A DNA stretch of 63,048 nt, the filler included, from Reclinomonas americana ATCC 50394 (Eukaryota): assembly GCA_048213135.1 (NCBI GenBank). It is 13 parts of 13 records of this genome, joined end to end, with 100 filler letters (N's around TTAATTAATTAA, not from the genome) between each part and the next. Parts side by side here need not be neighbours in the genome. Positions count along the whole stretch, not along the records: positions 38,075 to 49,792 come from AFZH01022817.1; 12 more parts are not named here. The stretch is one strand, 5' to 3'. Positions 38,075 through 46,060 of this stretch are shown here, piece by piece; the stretch's first letter is position 1, and every line of letters starts with the position of its first letter. A program made the position numbers and the translations under genes. The notes beneath the pieces were generated by a model. The model was not told where the DNA came from, did no database searches, and was given only the letters and a program-made list of their open reading frames with translations.

Positions 38075-39400
38075 TTTCTATTATTATCGGCGTCGTCGAG
38101 CCTCTCGGCGGTGACCGCCAACGGCGGAGTGCTTGTGCTCTCGAGCGCCTCGCTGCTCAACCTCGACGCGAGCCCGGCCAAGCTCACCGTTGGCGCCTCG
38201 GCGGTGTACTCGCTGCGCGACGTCGTGTACAACATCGCCGGCTCGACGATCAGCGGCACCCGCTCGCCAGCCACGCTCGTCAGCGACGCGATGAGTCTGG
38301 CCGGCCTCGCCATGAACGGCGCGAAGATCACCGGGCTGGCGAGCGGCACGGACAGCGGCGACGCCGCCACGTTCGGCCAACTGTCGACGCGCCTGCCGCT
38401 GACCGGCGGCACGATCTCTGGCGGACTTACTGTCGGCGGCAACCTGACCGTGAACGGGACTGCCACGACTGTGAACAGCTCCATCACGACAGTCGACAAG
38501 TTGCTCGTCGCCACGATCGGAGGCGGCGATCCGGCGCTGGCTGTGCAAGCGAGCGGCACGGCGCCCATCATGGTCGTGACCGACACGGACAGCGATGACA
38601 CCTTGTTCTGCATTGACAATGGAGCGAAGCTCGGGCTTGACACCGAGGATCCCGCGGTCAGCCTCGACATGGGTCTGCGCAAGGACGGCGTAATCCTACC
38701 GCGCGGCACGACGGCGGAGCGGCCGACGGCGGCCGCTGGTCTGATTCGCTTCAACAGCCAGACGAGTAAGTTCGAAGGCTGCACCGACGGCTCGACGTTC
38801 GGCGTAATCGGCGCGCCACCGACCGCCGCCGAGGTCACATTCTCGCCGACCGGCGGTATCAGCAGCACGACGGTGCAGGCTGCCGTCGCGGAGCTCGACT
38901 CGGAAAAACAGCCCCTCAACAGCAAGCTCACGAGCATCGCGGGCAGCACCGGCACGCCGTCGAACGCGACCTTCTTGCGCGGCGACTACACGTGGGCCGC
39001 TGCCGGCGGTGGGGTGCCGTACGCGATCCACATTCGCTTCCGCCTGAACAACGGTGGCTTGGCGGCTAGCGCGATCACGCGGTACGACGGTGGGAGCACG
39101 CTGACCATGGTCACCAGCGCGTCGCCCGCCTCGAACGAGATCGGTTTCCGCCGGCTCAACGCGGGCCAATTCCAGCTGCTGGACGGCGTGAACGGAGCCA
39201 TCTTCGGGCCAGCCAACAGCTGCCTCCTGCGCATCCACATGACGATGATGGCGACACTGGGCTTCGCGAACCAGAGCTTTGGCGCTGGTGAGACCGGCTC
39301 GAACGGCGCGTTCTCGTTCAACACCTACAACAACGGCACGGCGACCGACTACGCCTTCGCGCAGTTCGAGGTGCTCGTCTACTCGGCCGCCATGAGCTGA
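38075..39400 (+). CDS. Tail-fibre/adhesin-like virion protein, 5' truncated
   Basis: YadA-neck-like KITGLASGTDSGDAATFGQL and phage fibre motifs LPLTGGTISG, LPRGTTAERP..GLIRFN, TVQAAVAELDSEKQPL and TFLRGDYTW. Rich in G/S/T/A. Confidence 0.75.
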   Translation, partial: FLLLSASSSLSAVTANGGVLVLSSASLLNLDASPAKLTVGASAVYSLRDVVYNIAGSTISGTRSPATLVSDAMSLAGLAMNGAKITGLASGTDSGDAATFGQLSTRLPLTGGTISGGLTVGGNLTVNGTATTVNSSITTVDKLLVATIGGGDPALAVQASGTAPIMVVTDTDSDDTLFCIDNGAKLGLDTEDPAVSLDMGLRKDGVILPRGTTAERPTAAAGLIRFNSQTSKFEGCTDGSTFGVIGAPPTAAEVTFSPTGGISSTTVQAAVAELDSEKQPLNSKLTSIAGSTGTPSNATFLRGDYTWAAAGGGVPYAIHIRFRLNNGGLAASAITRYDGGSTLTMVTSASPASNEIGFRRLNAGQFQLLDGVNGAIFGPANSCLLRIHMTMMATLGFANQSFGAGETGSNGAFSFNTYNNGTATDYAFAQFEVLVYSAAMS

Positions 39401-39452
39401 GTCTCTCGCGTTTAGAGGCCGGGCGCTGGCTCGGCAGCGTTTTTGACTTCCA

Positions 39453-40112
39453 ATGGCAAGCGGCTCAGGCCCCCCCACGTTCATCGTCACCGGCACGCCG
39501 GCCGCAGCGCCCGCAGCACTGCCAGCAGCCGGCGCGGCGCCAGTCATCGTCACGGCTCTCTGCGAGGACGGCAGCCGCGACTACCCGTTCCCCCAACGCG
39601 TGATCGACGCGTACCCCAAGCTGCTCGACGCCGAGACGCGGTACCTCATGATCAGGCTCGACTGCGGCGCGTACGAGCTGCTCCTCGGCCAGCCGATCAG
39701 CCTCGTGAGCAACCGCGTGCTGAGCGACCGCGACGATCGAAACCGCCTGTTCTACGTGTGCGAGGCGCTGGGCCGCAAGCTGACCGACGGCGAGCTGCAG
39801 TACGTGTGCGAGGCGACGGGCATGAAGGACGCTTTCCGCGCCGTCCGCCGCCATCTGAAGGGGTTCGGGCGCAAAGTCGCCGAGTGGCTCGGCAGCAAGA
39901 AGCTGCGCAACTGGTCGTTCGACAACGACGACGGCCTGCGCCACATGTTCCCGGCCGCCACCGCGCAAGGCATCGACACCTCGCGCCTCCTGCACCTGAT
40001 CGATCGCAAAGACTATGGCGGCCTGTTCAAGCTGAATCTTGAGTTCCCGTCGCTCGCGCAGACGTTCCTGGACGGCTACAGCCGCTTCGCGGGGTTTCTC
40101 GGATCCGTCTGA
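39453..40112 (+). CDS. Hypothetical viral protein, 219 aa
   Basis: Clean ORF with strong GC3 bias and globular composition, directly after the fibre gene. Confidence 0.75.
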   Translation: MASGSGPPTFIVTGTPAAAPAALPAAGAAPVIVTALCEDGSRDYPFPQRVIDAYPKLLDAETRYLMIRLDCGAYELLLGQPISLVSNRVLSDRDDRNRLFYVCEALGRKLTDGELQYVCEATGMKDAFRAVRRHLKGFGRKVAEWLGSKKLRNWSFDNDDGLRHMFPAATAQGIDTSRLLHLIDRKDYGGLFKLNLEFPSLAQTFLDGYSRFAGFLGSV

Positions 40113-40250
40113 CGAGCAAGGGATCCTTAACCGACTCCACCGCCTCATGGCGGATGCCGAAAAAGCGACCGCGCTGCTGCAGGCCATTCGGCTTCTTGTG
40201 CAGATCGGTTTCGCGGTCGGCGTGGCAGTATGACGGCTTGTAGCCGTCCG

Positions 40251-40511
40251 TCAGTTTTTCCGCAGTGCCGCTCGGCGCTTGTCGGCGGCGTCGTCGAGCT
40301 CGAGATCGCGCATCGCCCGCTCCTCGGCGGACATCGGCGGCAGCGGCGCCAAGGGCTCGTGCTCGATGTAGCGGCAGCCGTACTGCGTCTCGACGACGAA
40401 GCACACCCGATCGTCGACGAGACAGTGTCCGACACGCTGTCCTTTGCTGCTGCGACCGGTCCACGCGACGCTCGGCCACAGGGACCGCGGGAGGTTGGCC
40501 CAGAGTGACAT
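40251..40511 (-). CDS. Hypothetical viral protein, 86 aa
   Basis: ATG lies 8 nt after the stop of the upstream co-oriented ORF; protein-like composition. Confidence 0.55.
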   Translation of the reverse strand: MSLWANLPRSLWPSVAWTGRSSKGQRVGHCLVDDRVCFVVETQYGCRYIEHEPLAPLPPMSAEERAMRDLELDDAADKRRAALRKN

Positions 40512-40519
40512 GTCGACCG

Positions 40520-41122
40520 CTATTGGGGGGCGGCAGACTTTTCCCGAAATTCGTAAATAACTGCCGCGTGTCCGTCATTACTGGCCTCGCGCGCGGCAAG
40601 GGCGGCGGCGAGGTCCGCGACGCGCTGGCCGAGGAGCTGAGACAGAGCGTCGAGCGTGAGGCCGCGGAGAACAGCCGGCTCGGCTTCCCCGGCGCCCGGA
40701 GGGCCGACCGACACGCGGTCTCCGGGCTGAATGCTGAGCGCGCCCTCCAGATGCGGAATTCTGTAGGCGTCGGCGCTTTCGGCCTCGCGGAGCATCCTGA
40801 CCGCTTCGGTCAGGACCGCATCCAGAGCGTTGGCCACTCGGGCCTCGTAGAACAGGTACGTCCCGTAGTGCTGAACCATCTGGCGACTGCCCCGATCGTC
40901 GCCCGGATAGTCGGCTCGCGCTCGAGCCTCGCACTCCCTGCAGTCATAGTTCGAGTGCTTAGGGCATGGGAGCTTGGAGTTGACGATTGACATATGCATG
41001 TAGTGGGATTGGTCGTATACGCGCAACGCGTCTCCGTCCTCGAACCTGAGGCGGGGAGCGTCGCCATCGCGCACCAGAACCACGCATGGGTTTTTGCGCG
41101 TGACCAGGTAGAAGTCGCCCAT
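40520..41122 (-). CDS. Hypothetical viral protein, 200 aa, with a CxxH-x4-CxxC putative Zn site
   Basis: Contains CPKHSNYDCREC. The ATG directly follows copy 1 of the 57-bp repeat. Confidence 0.7.
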   Translation of the reverse strand: MGDFYLVTRKNPCVVLVRDGDAPRLRFEDGDALRVYDQSHYMHMSIVNSKLPCPKHSNYDCRECEARARADYPGDDRGSRQMVQHYGTYLFYEARVANALDAVLTEAVRMLREAESADAYRIPHLEGALSIQPGDRVSVGPPGAGEAEPAVLRGLTLDALSQLLGQRVADLAAALAAREASNDGHAAVIYEFREKSAAPQ

Positions 41123-41126
41123 GTCG

Positions 41127-41183
41127 TGCTATGTGTGTCTTGTAAAAGGCCGGCCAGTTTTATTTAATTCCCGTCGCTCTGCG
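41127..41183 (-). promoter_or_regulatory. 57-bp intergenic direct repeat, copy 1
   Basis: 55/57 identical to 41864-41920. Contains AATTAAATAAAA and the GGCCGGCC palindrome. Ends 4 nt before an ATG. Confidence 0.8.
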
Positions 41184-41224
41184 CCTGCCGCCGGAACAAA
41201 AAGCGCGGCAGCCGCCGAGGGTGG

Positions 41225-41857
41225 CTACTGTACGGGGGGCGCCATAGCGCGCACGATGTCTTTGATCCTGGCGCGGTTCCGTTCCACGAGCGCCAAGACG
41301 CCCCGGCGAATGCCTTGGGCGCACGCGTCCGCTGCTGCGGCACAGAGTGCAAAGTGCGGGTCGCTGATGGGCGCCACCGGTGAGAACCACTCGGCGCCCT
41401 GGCTTCCGCAAACCTCATACTCGGCAGGGTACCCCTTGCGCGGGTAGAGTACCACGTCTTCGTGGCCAGGAAGGCAGTACGAGAACTCTTTCAGCCCCGC
41501 CTCGCGCAGCGCCGCAAGGCCTTTCTCGGCCGCCGTTTCTACGGCATCTAACAGGTGCCCGGAAAGCACGGAGAATGCTTCCAGGACCAGGCTGCCGTCC
41601 ACGCCAATGATCATTCTGCCAGAGGGGGCGGGGTTGGTGGGGTAGACGTACACCATTTTCGACCAAACCCCCGGGCGGTCGGAGAGATCGCGCTCTCTAT
41701 CCGACACCATCTTGAGCCTAGCCGGCTTGTCGGCCCGGCACTCCAGTACCAAATTCGAAAACTTCCAACCCGTGCCAGCCAGTACGACGGTGACAACGAC
41801 TGGCGCGTCCTCGGCCGGCGCTGCGCTGCCGCTTCCAGTGGCGGTGTCGTGCTCCAT
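41225..41857 (-). CDS. Hypothetical viral protein, 210 aa, bracketed by the two 57-bp repeats
   Basis: Clean ORF; the ATG lies 6 nt after repeat copy 2. Confidence 0.7.
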   Translation of the reverse strand: MEHDTATGSGSAAPAEDAPVVVTVVLAGTGWKFSNLVLECRADKPARLKMVSDRERDLSDRPGVWSKMVYVYPTNPAPSGRMIIGVDGSLVLEAFSVLSGHLLDAVETAAEKGLAALREAGLKEFSYCLPGHEDVVLYPRKGYPAEYEVCGSQGAEWFSPVAPISDPHFALCAAAADACAQGIRRGVLALVERNRARIKDIVRAMAPPVQ

Positions 41858-41863
41858 AATCGC

Positions 41864-41920
41864 TGCTATGTGTGTCTCGTAAAAGGCCGGCCAGTTTTAT
41901 TTAATTCCCCTCGCTCTGCG
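41864..41920 (-). promoter_or_regulatory. 57-bp intergenic direct repeat, copy 2
   Basis: See copy 1. It also supplies the TAA stop (41903-41901) of the upstream ORF. Confidence 0.8.
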
Positions 41921-42143
41921 GCCGCGCTTGGAGCGCCTGGCCCATGCGTATCACCAGGTCTGACAGAGTCCTGTCGATCTCCGCTCTCGCCTCGTCCAGG
42001 CCAGCGATTGGCGCAGTGATGTCCTCCAGCGAGTTGTCTCGTCGGCGCAGCAGCGCGTAGCGGCCGTTCGGCAGCTGCAGCAGCCCCCACCGCTCGCCGT
42101 TCTCTCGCTCCAGAACCCAGTCGACGGCTCCGAGTCCGGGCAT
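41901..42143 (-). CDS. Hypothetical viral protein, about 80 aa
   Basis: MPGLGAVDWVLERENGERWGLLQLPNGRYALL...; it fills the gap before the divergent AT-rich spacer. Confidence 0.55.
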   Translation of the reverse strand: MPGLGAVDWVLERENGERWGLLQLPNGRYALLRRRDNSLEDITAPIAGLDEARAEIDRTLSDLVIRMGQALQARPQSEGN

Positions 42144-42212
42144 CGCGTATTCAGCTGCACAGACGTCGGGCTCGTGCAATTTAAACGCGCCGGGCGGGCC
42201 GCATCGCGCAGA

Positions 42213-42755
42213 ATGCCGCCAAAGAAGCGTGCCGTCGTCGAGCGTCCGCCAAGCCCCGAGGACGAGAGCGAGCCGGAGCCCGACCTCGAAACCGAGACGA
42301 AAACTGACGATGCACCAGCTGCCAAGCCGGCGCCGAAGACGCGCGCCGAGAGGGAGAGGGAGCGGTACGCGACCGACGCGGCATACCGGGAAGAGAAGCT
42401 GCGACGCGCGAGAGAGTATCGCGCGAAGCTGCGAGAGAAGGTCAACGCCGTGCAGGCCGACGACGAGCCGAAGCCGAAGCGCGCCGCTCCGCCAGTGAAC
42501 GGCGACGCGCTGCTGTATCTTGTTGACAGGCTTGACCGCGAGCGCAGCAAGCGCCGCAAAGTCAAGAAGAGTCTGCAGGCGCTGCTGCAGGTGGCGATGG
42601 GCAGCGCGGAGCAGGCCGATCCTGAGCCGCCGGCACTCGACGCGAAGGCCGCCCCTCCCGAGCCAGCTGACGTCTCGCCGCCGCCAACTCCGGCAGCGGT
42701 GCAGGAGCTCGACCCATTTGGACCGCGCCCGCAATCCGCCAGGCGTAGACGATGA
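42213..42755 (+). CDS. Basic/charged helical protein with an NLS-like N-terminus (possibly DNA-binding)
   Basis: MPPKKR start and a charged helix RERYATDAAYREEKLRRAREYRAKLREK. Confidence 0.7.
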   Translation: MPPKKRAVVERPPSPEDESEPEPDLETETKTDDAPAAKPAPKTRAERERERYATDAAYREEKLRRAREYRAKLREKVNAVQADDEPKPKRAAPPVNGDALLYLVDRLDRERSKRRKVKKSLQALLQVAMGSAEQADPEPPALDAKAAPPEPADVSPPPTPAAVQELDPFGPRPQSARRRR

Positions 42756-43552
42756 GTCTGAAGACGTACACCCCGATCCTGTACGGCGGACGCGCAGCAC
42801 GCGCGTTTCTCGGACCAGGCTTCCAGGTCGCGGTGCAGCCGCACTCGTTCACCGACCCGGATGCCATGCAGCGGCGTGAGCTGGAGCTCGCCATGATGGC
42901 TGGCAAGCGTGCCGGTCGCCGCAAGATCCAGCTCATCCTGCAGCTCGACAAGGACAAGAAGGAGGCGGCGAAGGAGGCGGCGAAGGACGAACGCAGCAAG
43001 CAGAAGGCCGCCAGCCTCGCCTCTTCGGTCAAGCGGCTCGAGGAGGTGCGCGCGGCACTCGGCAATCCGTCGGCTCCGGACCCGAGCCCTCTCGCCGCGT
43101 TCGGTGACAGAATTCCCGGGACTGGGCTCGCTGGACAGCTCGAGGGGCTCGGCTCCCAGCTGTACCAGCTTCCAGCCGTGTCCGCGGCTGAGATCGATCG
43201 GGCGCTGGGTGAGCGGCTCGACGATATCGGCATCGATCTTTCTCGACTTCCGTCAAGGGCCGCCGACGAGTTGCAAGATCGGCAGCGCGTGGTGGACGAG
43301 ACCGACCCGCTGGTCGGCCGCCCCGGCACCGCACACGCGCAGCGGATCATCGCCAGGCAGGGCGTCGTTCCGACCGACGCGCTTATCTCGGCACTCTGGT
43401 CGGCGCTCAACCCGAAGCGCAAGACACCGTACACGGCTGAGGACCTCAGAGCGGCACTTGCTCGCGTGGGTCGGGAGCAGCCAAAGCTGATCCAGCGCTA
43501 CCCGGATCCGGACGGTGGGGCGTCCGGCAGCGGCGCTCCCTTCCCGCGATAA
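42752..43552 (+). CDS. Hypothetical viral protein, 266 aa
   Basis: ATGA overlap with the upstream stop codon; central charged helix; GC3-biased codons. Confidence 0.7.
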   Translation: MSLKTYTPILYGGRAARAFLGPGFQVAVQPHSFTDPDAMQRRELELAMMAGKRAGRRKIQLILQLDKDKKEAAKEAAKDERSKQKAASLASSVKRLEEVRAALGNPSAPDPSPLAAFGDRIPGTGLAGQLEGLGSQLYQLPAVSAAEIDRALGERLDDIGIDLSRLPSRAADELQDRQRVVDETDPLVGRPGTAHAQRIIARQGVVPTDALISALWSALNPKRKTPYTAEDLRAALARVGREQPKLIQRYPDPDGGASGSGAPFPR

Positions 43553-43580
43553 AGAGGGGGCAGCCACGGCTTTTTTAGCC

Positions 43581-43805
43581 ATGAAGCTGCTCAAGGTGCA
43601 GCGCTACGAGCCGCCGGGCGAAGCGCGCCAGGCCGCGATCCGCGACGAAAAAACCGGCGAGGTCTACGCTCGAGCGTTCGCCCCTCACATCGACCAAGAG
43701 TACAGGCCGCCTACACCTGGGGCAAGACCTCCAGCCGAAAAGCCCGCCCCGCCAGCGCCGGCAGAAGGGCCAGCAAAGCCGAAGCGTCGGCGCCGCAAAC
43801 CGTGA
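43581..43805 (+). CDS. Small basic protein with a C-terminal NLS-like KPKRRRRKP
   Basis: GCCATG start after a T-rich spacer; overlaps the convergent ORF. Confidence 0.5.
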   Translation: MKLLKVQRYEPPGEARQAAIRDEKTGEVYARAFAPHIDQEYRPPTPGARPPAEKPAPPAPAEGPAKPKRRRRKP

Positions 43806-44118
43806 TGCACTCGGCGGGCTTGGCTGCCACGCGCACCTCCGTGGCTTTCACCGAGTGGTCGACGATCGGAGTCGGCCTGACGGCTGGCTCAATGACGGCC
43901 TCCGGCTCAGCGGCTGGCTTCCCCTTCGGACGCCCTCGCTGCAGCCTCGGCAGCAGCTCATCTGTGCGCGCCGCACCGATCGTCTCCGCCACCTTCTGGC
44001 GCACATTGCAGCGCGCTGAGCCGGTCAGATGGTAGTAGTCCTCCTTTGTTTTTTCCCATTCCTCGCCGGTCGCGCCAGCGGCCACCAGCACGCAAATCTT
44101 CTTGGAGAATGTCGCCAT
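43711..44118 (-). CDS. Hypothetical viral protein, 135 aa
   Basis: ATG preceded by A-rich TAAAAACTC; contains an AT-hook-like RGRPK. Confidence 0.6.
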   Translation of the reverse strand: MATFSKKICVLVAAGATGEEWEKTKEDYYHLTGSARCNVRQKVAETIGAARTDELLPRLQRGRPKGKPAAEPEAVIEPAVRPTPIVDHSVKATEVRVAAKPAECITVCGADASALLALLPALAGRAFRLEVLPQV

Positions 44119-44195
44119 GAGTTTTTACTGTGTGGTACCATCTACCTTCTCTAATTTTCCGGCAAGTAGTGTGGCTGAAAAAGTAGTCCTCGGCT

Positions 44196-45950
44196 TTAGA
44201 GTCCGAGGAGAGCGTCGAGCTCTTCGACCGACATCGAGTCGAGGACGGCGAGCGCGTCATGAGCGTCCGGAGCGGAGGCGGGCTCGGGCACTTGCACCGG
44301 GGCTTGCTCCGGCCCCGGCACCTGCGTTGGCTTCGGCGGGTGGTAGGCCGGTCGATCGGCCATGGCTACGCCGCTTCCGCTGCCGCTGCCACTGCCGCAC
44401 GTCTCCGGCTCGTCGGCGTCGGTGCGGCAGAACTCGGGGTACATCGTCTCTTCGCGGAACCGCTCAATCTGCGCCTCCAGCGGCTCGAAGACGTACCAGG
44501 CCGTCTTCATCTTCCCGAACGGAAGGTTCTTGCAGAGGGCGCACCGCTGGAGGTCCTTGCCGAACGTCGGAGCCGAAGGGTGGGTGTTTCGGCCCTCCGG
44601 CGAGGTGGCGAACGCCTCGTAGAGGACCGAAGTGGGGACGCGCACGGAGGGGCTGCCGAGGTGGTCCGGCATAGGCTTCGCGAGCGAGAACCAGCGACGA
44701 CCCGCGAGCTCGGTGACGTACGGGAGGCCAGACCCCTCCAGGATCTGGCGGCTCTTCTGACCGCCGATGGATCCGGCTGGCGGGTAGTTGCAATTGACTT
44801 CGAGGCCGCCAGCCGAGAGGACCTTCGACCACCAGCGCTCGAACCCGTGCCAGCCCTCTGGGATCAGCTCGCGAAGCAGCCCCGTCTGGGGCGGCAGAGT
44901 GTTGGCCCAGTCGTCCGAGATCTCGGTCTCGTACAGCCAGCGAGCAAACGGACGCACGTCGCGTTTGAGGGCCTTGAGCGCGGCGATCTGCTCCCGGTTG
45001 AGCACCTCACTCGGCTCGAGGACGAGCCAGCGGCGGGTGCCAGAGCCGGCCGGCAGGATCTTGCGCTCGTTCGAGGCCAAGATCAGGCCGCCGTGCGTGT
45101 TGGCGGTGTACGCCTTCTTGTTCTTCTCGTTGATGTGGCTCGTGCCCTGCGTCACGAGCGCCTTCAGCATCGACGAGACGAGGCTCGAGGAGCCGGCCCA
45201 GCCGACCTCCGTGCCGAACACGAGGTGGCAGCGCTCCTTCCAGGCGGTGAACTGCCCGAGCATCACCTGCTGGTCGACGATCTTCGTGTGGGCCATGCCC
45301 ATGACCTCGGTCATGAGCTCGAAGAGGAAGTCCTTGCCCTCGCCGCCGGCCTTGCCGAACAGCACGACGGCGCTGTTGTGCTTGAACGACGGCTGCTGGA
45401 CGAGCATCGCCAGCCAGGCGCGGAACCAGTTGAAGATCGTCTGGTCCTTCCCCGCGAACGACCAGATGAGGTCGATGGCCGGCTTGGCGTCGGCCACGTC
45501 GACGCCCGGCGCGCAGGCCTGCTCGCGGCCAATCGCGAAGCCCTTGAACTTGTTGTGGAACCCGCGCGCGAGCTTGGAAACCAGGTCCGGGCGCGTCGGC
45601 GGAGGCGCGTACACGACGCCCGGCACGGAACGAGCCTTGGAGCTCTTCGCCCAGATCTTGGCGAACGGGACGTCCACGTCGTCGTCCTCGCGGTTGCGCG
45701 CGAAAGCGACGCGCACGGTGACGTTCGGGGTGTCGCGGATCCACGTGTACTGGGTCTTCGGTTCGAAGTCGACGATGTCTGTGCGGAAGACCTGGCGCGG
45801 GTCGTCCTCGACGATCATCCAGAACTGGTTCATGTACTCCACGATGTGCGGCTCCAGGAACTTGAGCAGCTTTTTCTCGTTGGGGAAGGCGGGGGCGTCG
45901 GCCACCACCTGCTGCAGGCGGGCCTCGAGCGCGGCAAGGGTGAAGGACAT
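44196..45950 (-). CDS. Superfamily 3 helicase (D5/NrS-1 DUF5906-like) without an evident primase domain
   Basis: WLAMLVQQP; Walker A VLFGKAGGEGKD; Walker B region LVFGTE; LKALVT..INEK; motif C LILASN; Arg finger RRWLV. Confidence 0.85.
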   Translation of the reverse strand: MSFTLAALEARLQQVVADAPAFPNEKKLLKFLEPHIVEYMNQFWMIVEDDPRQVFRTDIVDFEPKTQYTWIRDTPNVTVRVAFARNREDDDVDVPFAKIWAKSSKARSVPGVVYAPPPTRPDLVSKLARGFHNKFKGFAIGREQACAPGVDVADAKPAIDLIWSFAGKDQTIFNWFRAWLAMLVQQPSFKHNSAVVLFGKAGGEGKDFLFELMTEVMGMAHTKIVDQQVMLGQFTAWKERCHLVFGTEVGWAGSSSLVSSMLKALVTQGTSHINEKNKKAYTANTHGGLILASNERKILPAGSGTRRWLVLEPSEVLNREQIAALKALKRDVRPFARWLYETEISDDWANTLPPQTGLLRELIPEGWHGFERWWSKVLSAGGLEVNCNYPPAGSIGGQKSRQILEGSGLPYVTELAGRRWFSLAKPMPDHLGSPSVRVPTSVLYEAFATSPEGRNTHPSAPTFGKDLQRCALCKNLPFGKMKTAWYVFEPLEAQIERFREETMYPEFCRTDADEPETCGSGSGSGSGVAMADRPAYHPPKPTQVPGPEQAPVQVPEPASAPDAHDALAVLDSMSVEELDALLGL

Positions 45951-46060
45951 GAGCGGTGGGTGGGGTGGGGTGGGTGGGGTGGGGGTGGGTGGTGCCGCGT
46001 ATACGGGGCAGGCAGAGTCTCTAACAAAAAATTATTTTACCCACTTGGACATTTCGCTCG

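Noticed and set aside
39453..39800. BTB/POZ-like domain in the 219-aa viral ORF
   Set aside because: Only a vague pattern resemblance; it cannot be supported without a profile search.
41127..41920. 57-bp repeats as a CRISPR array or LTRs
   Set aside because: There are only two copies, 737 bp apart with a gene between them. No cas or RT genes and no TG..CA ends.
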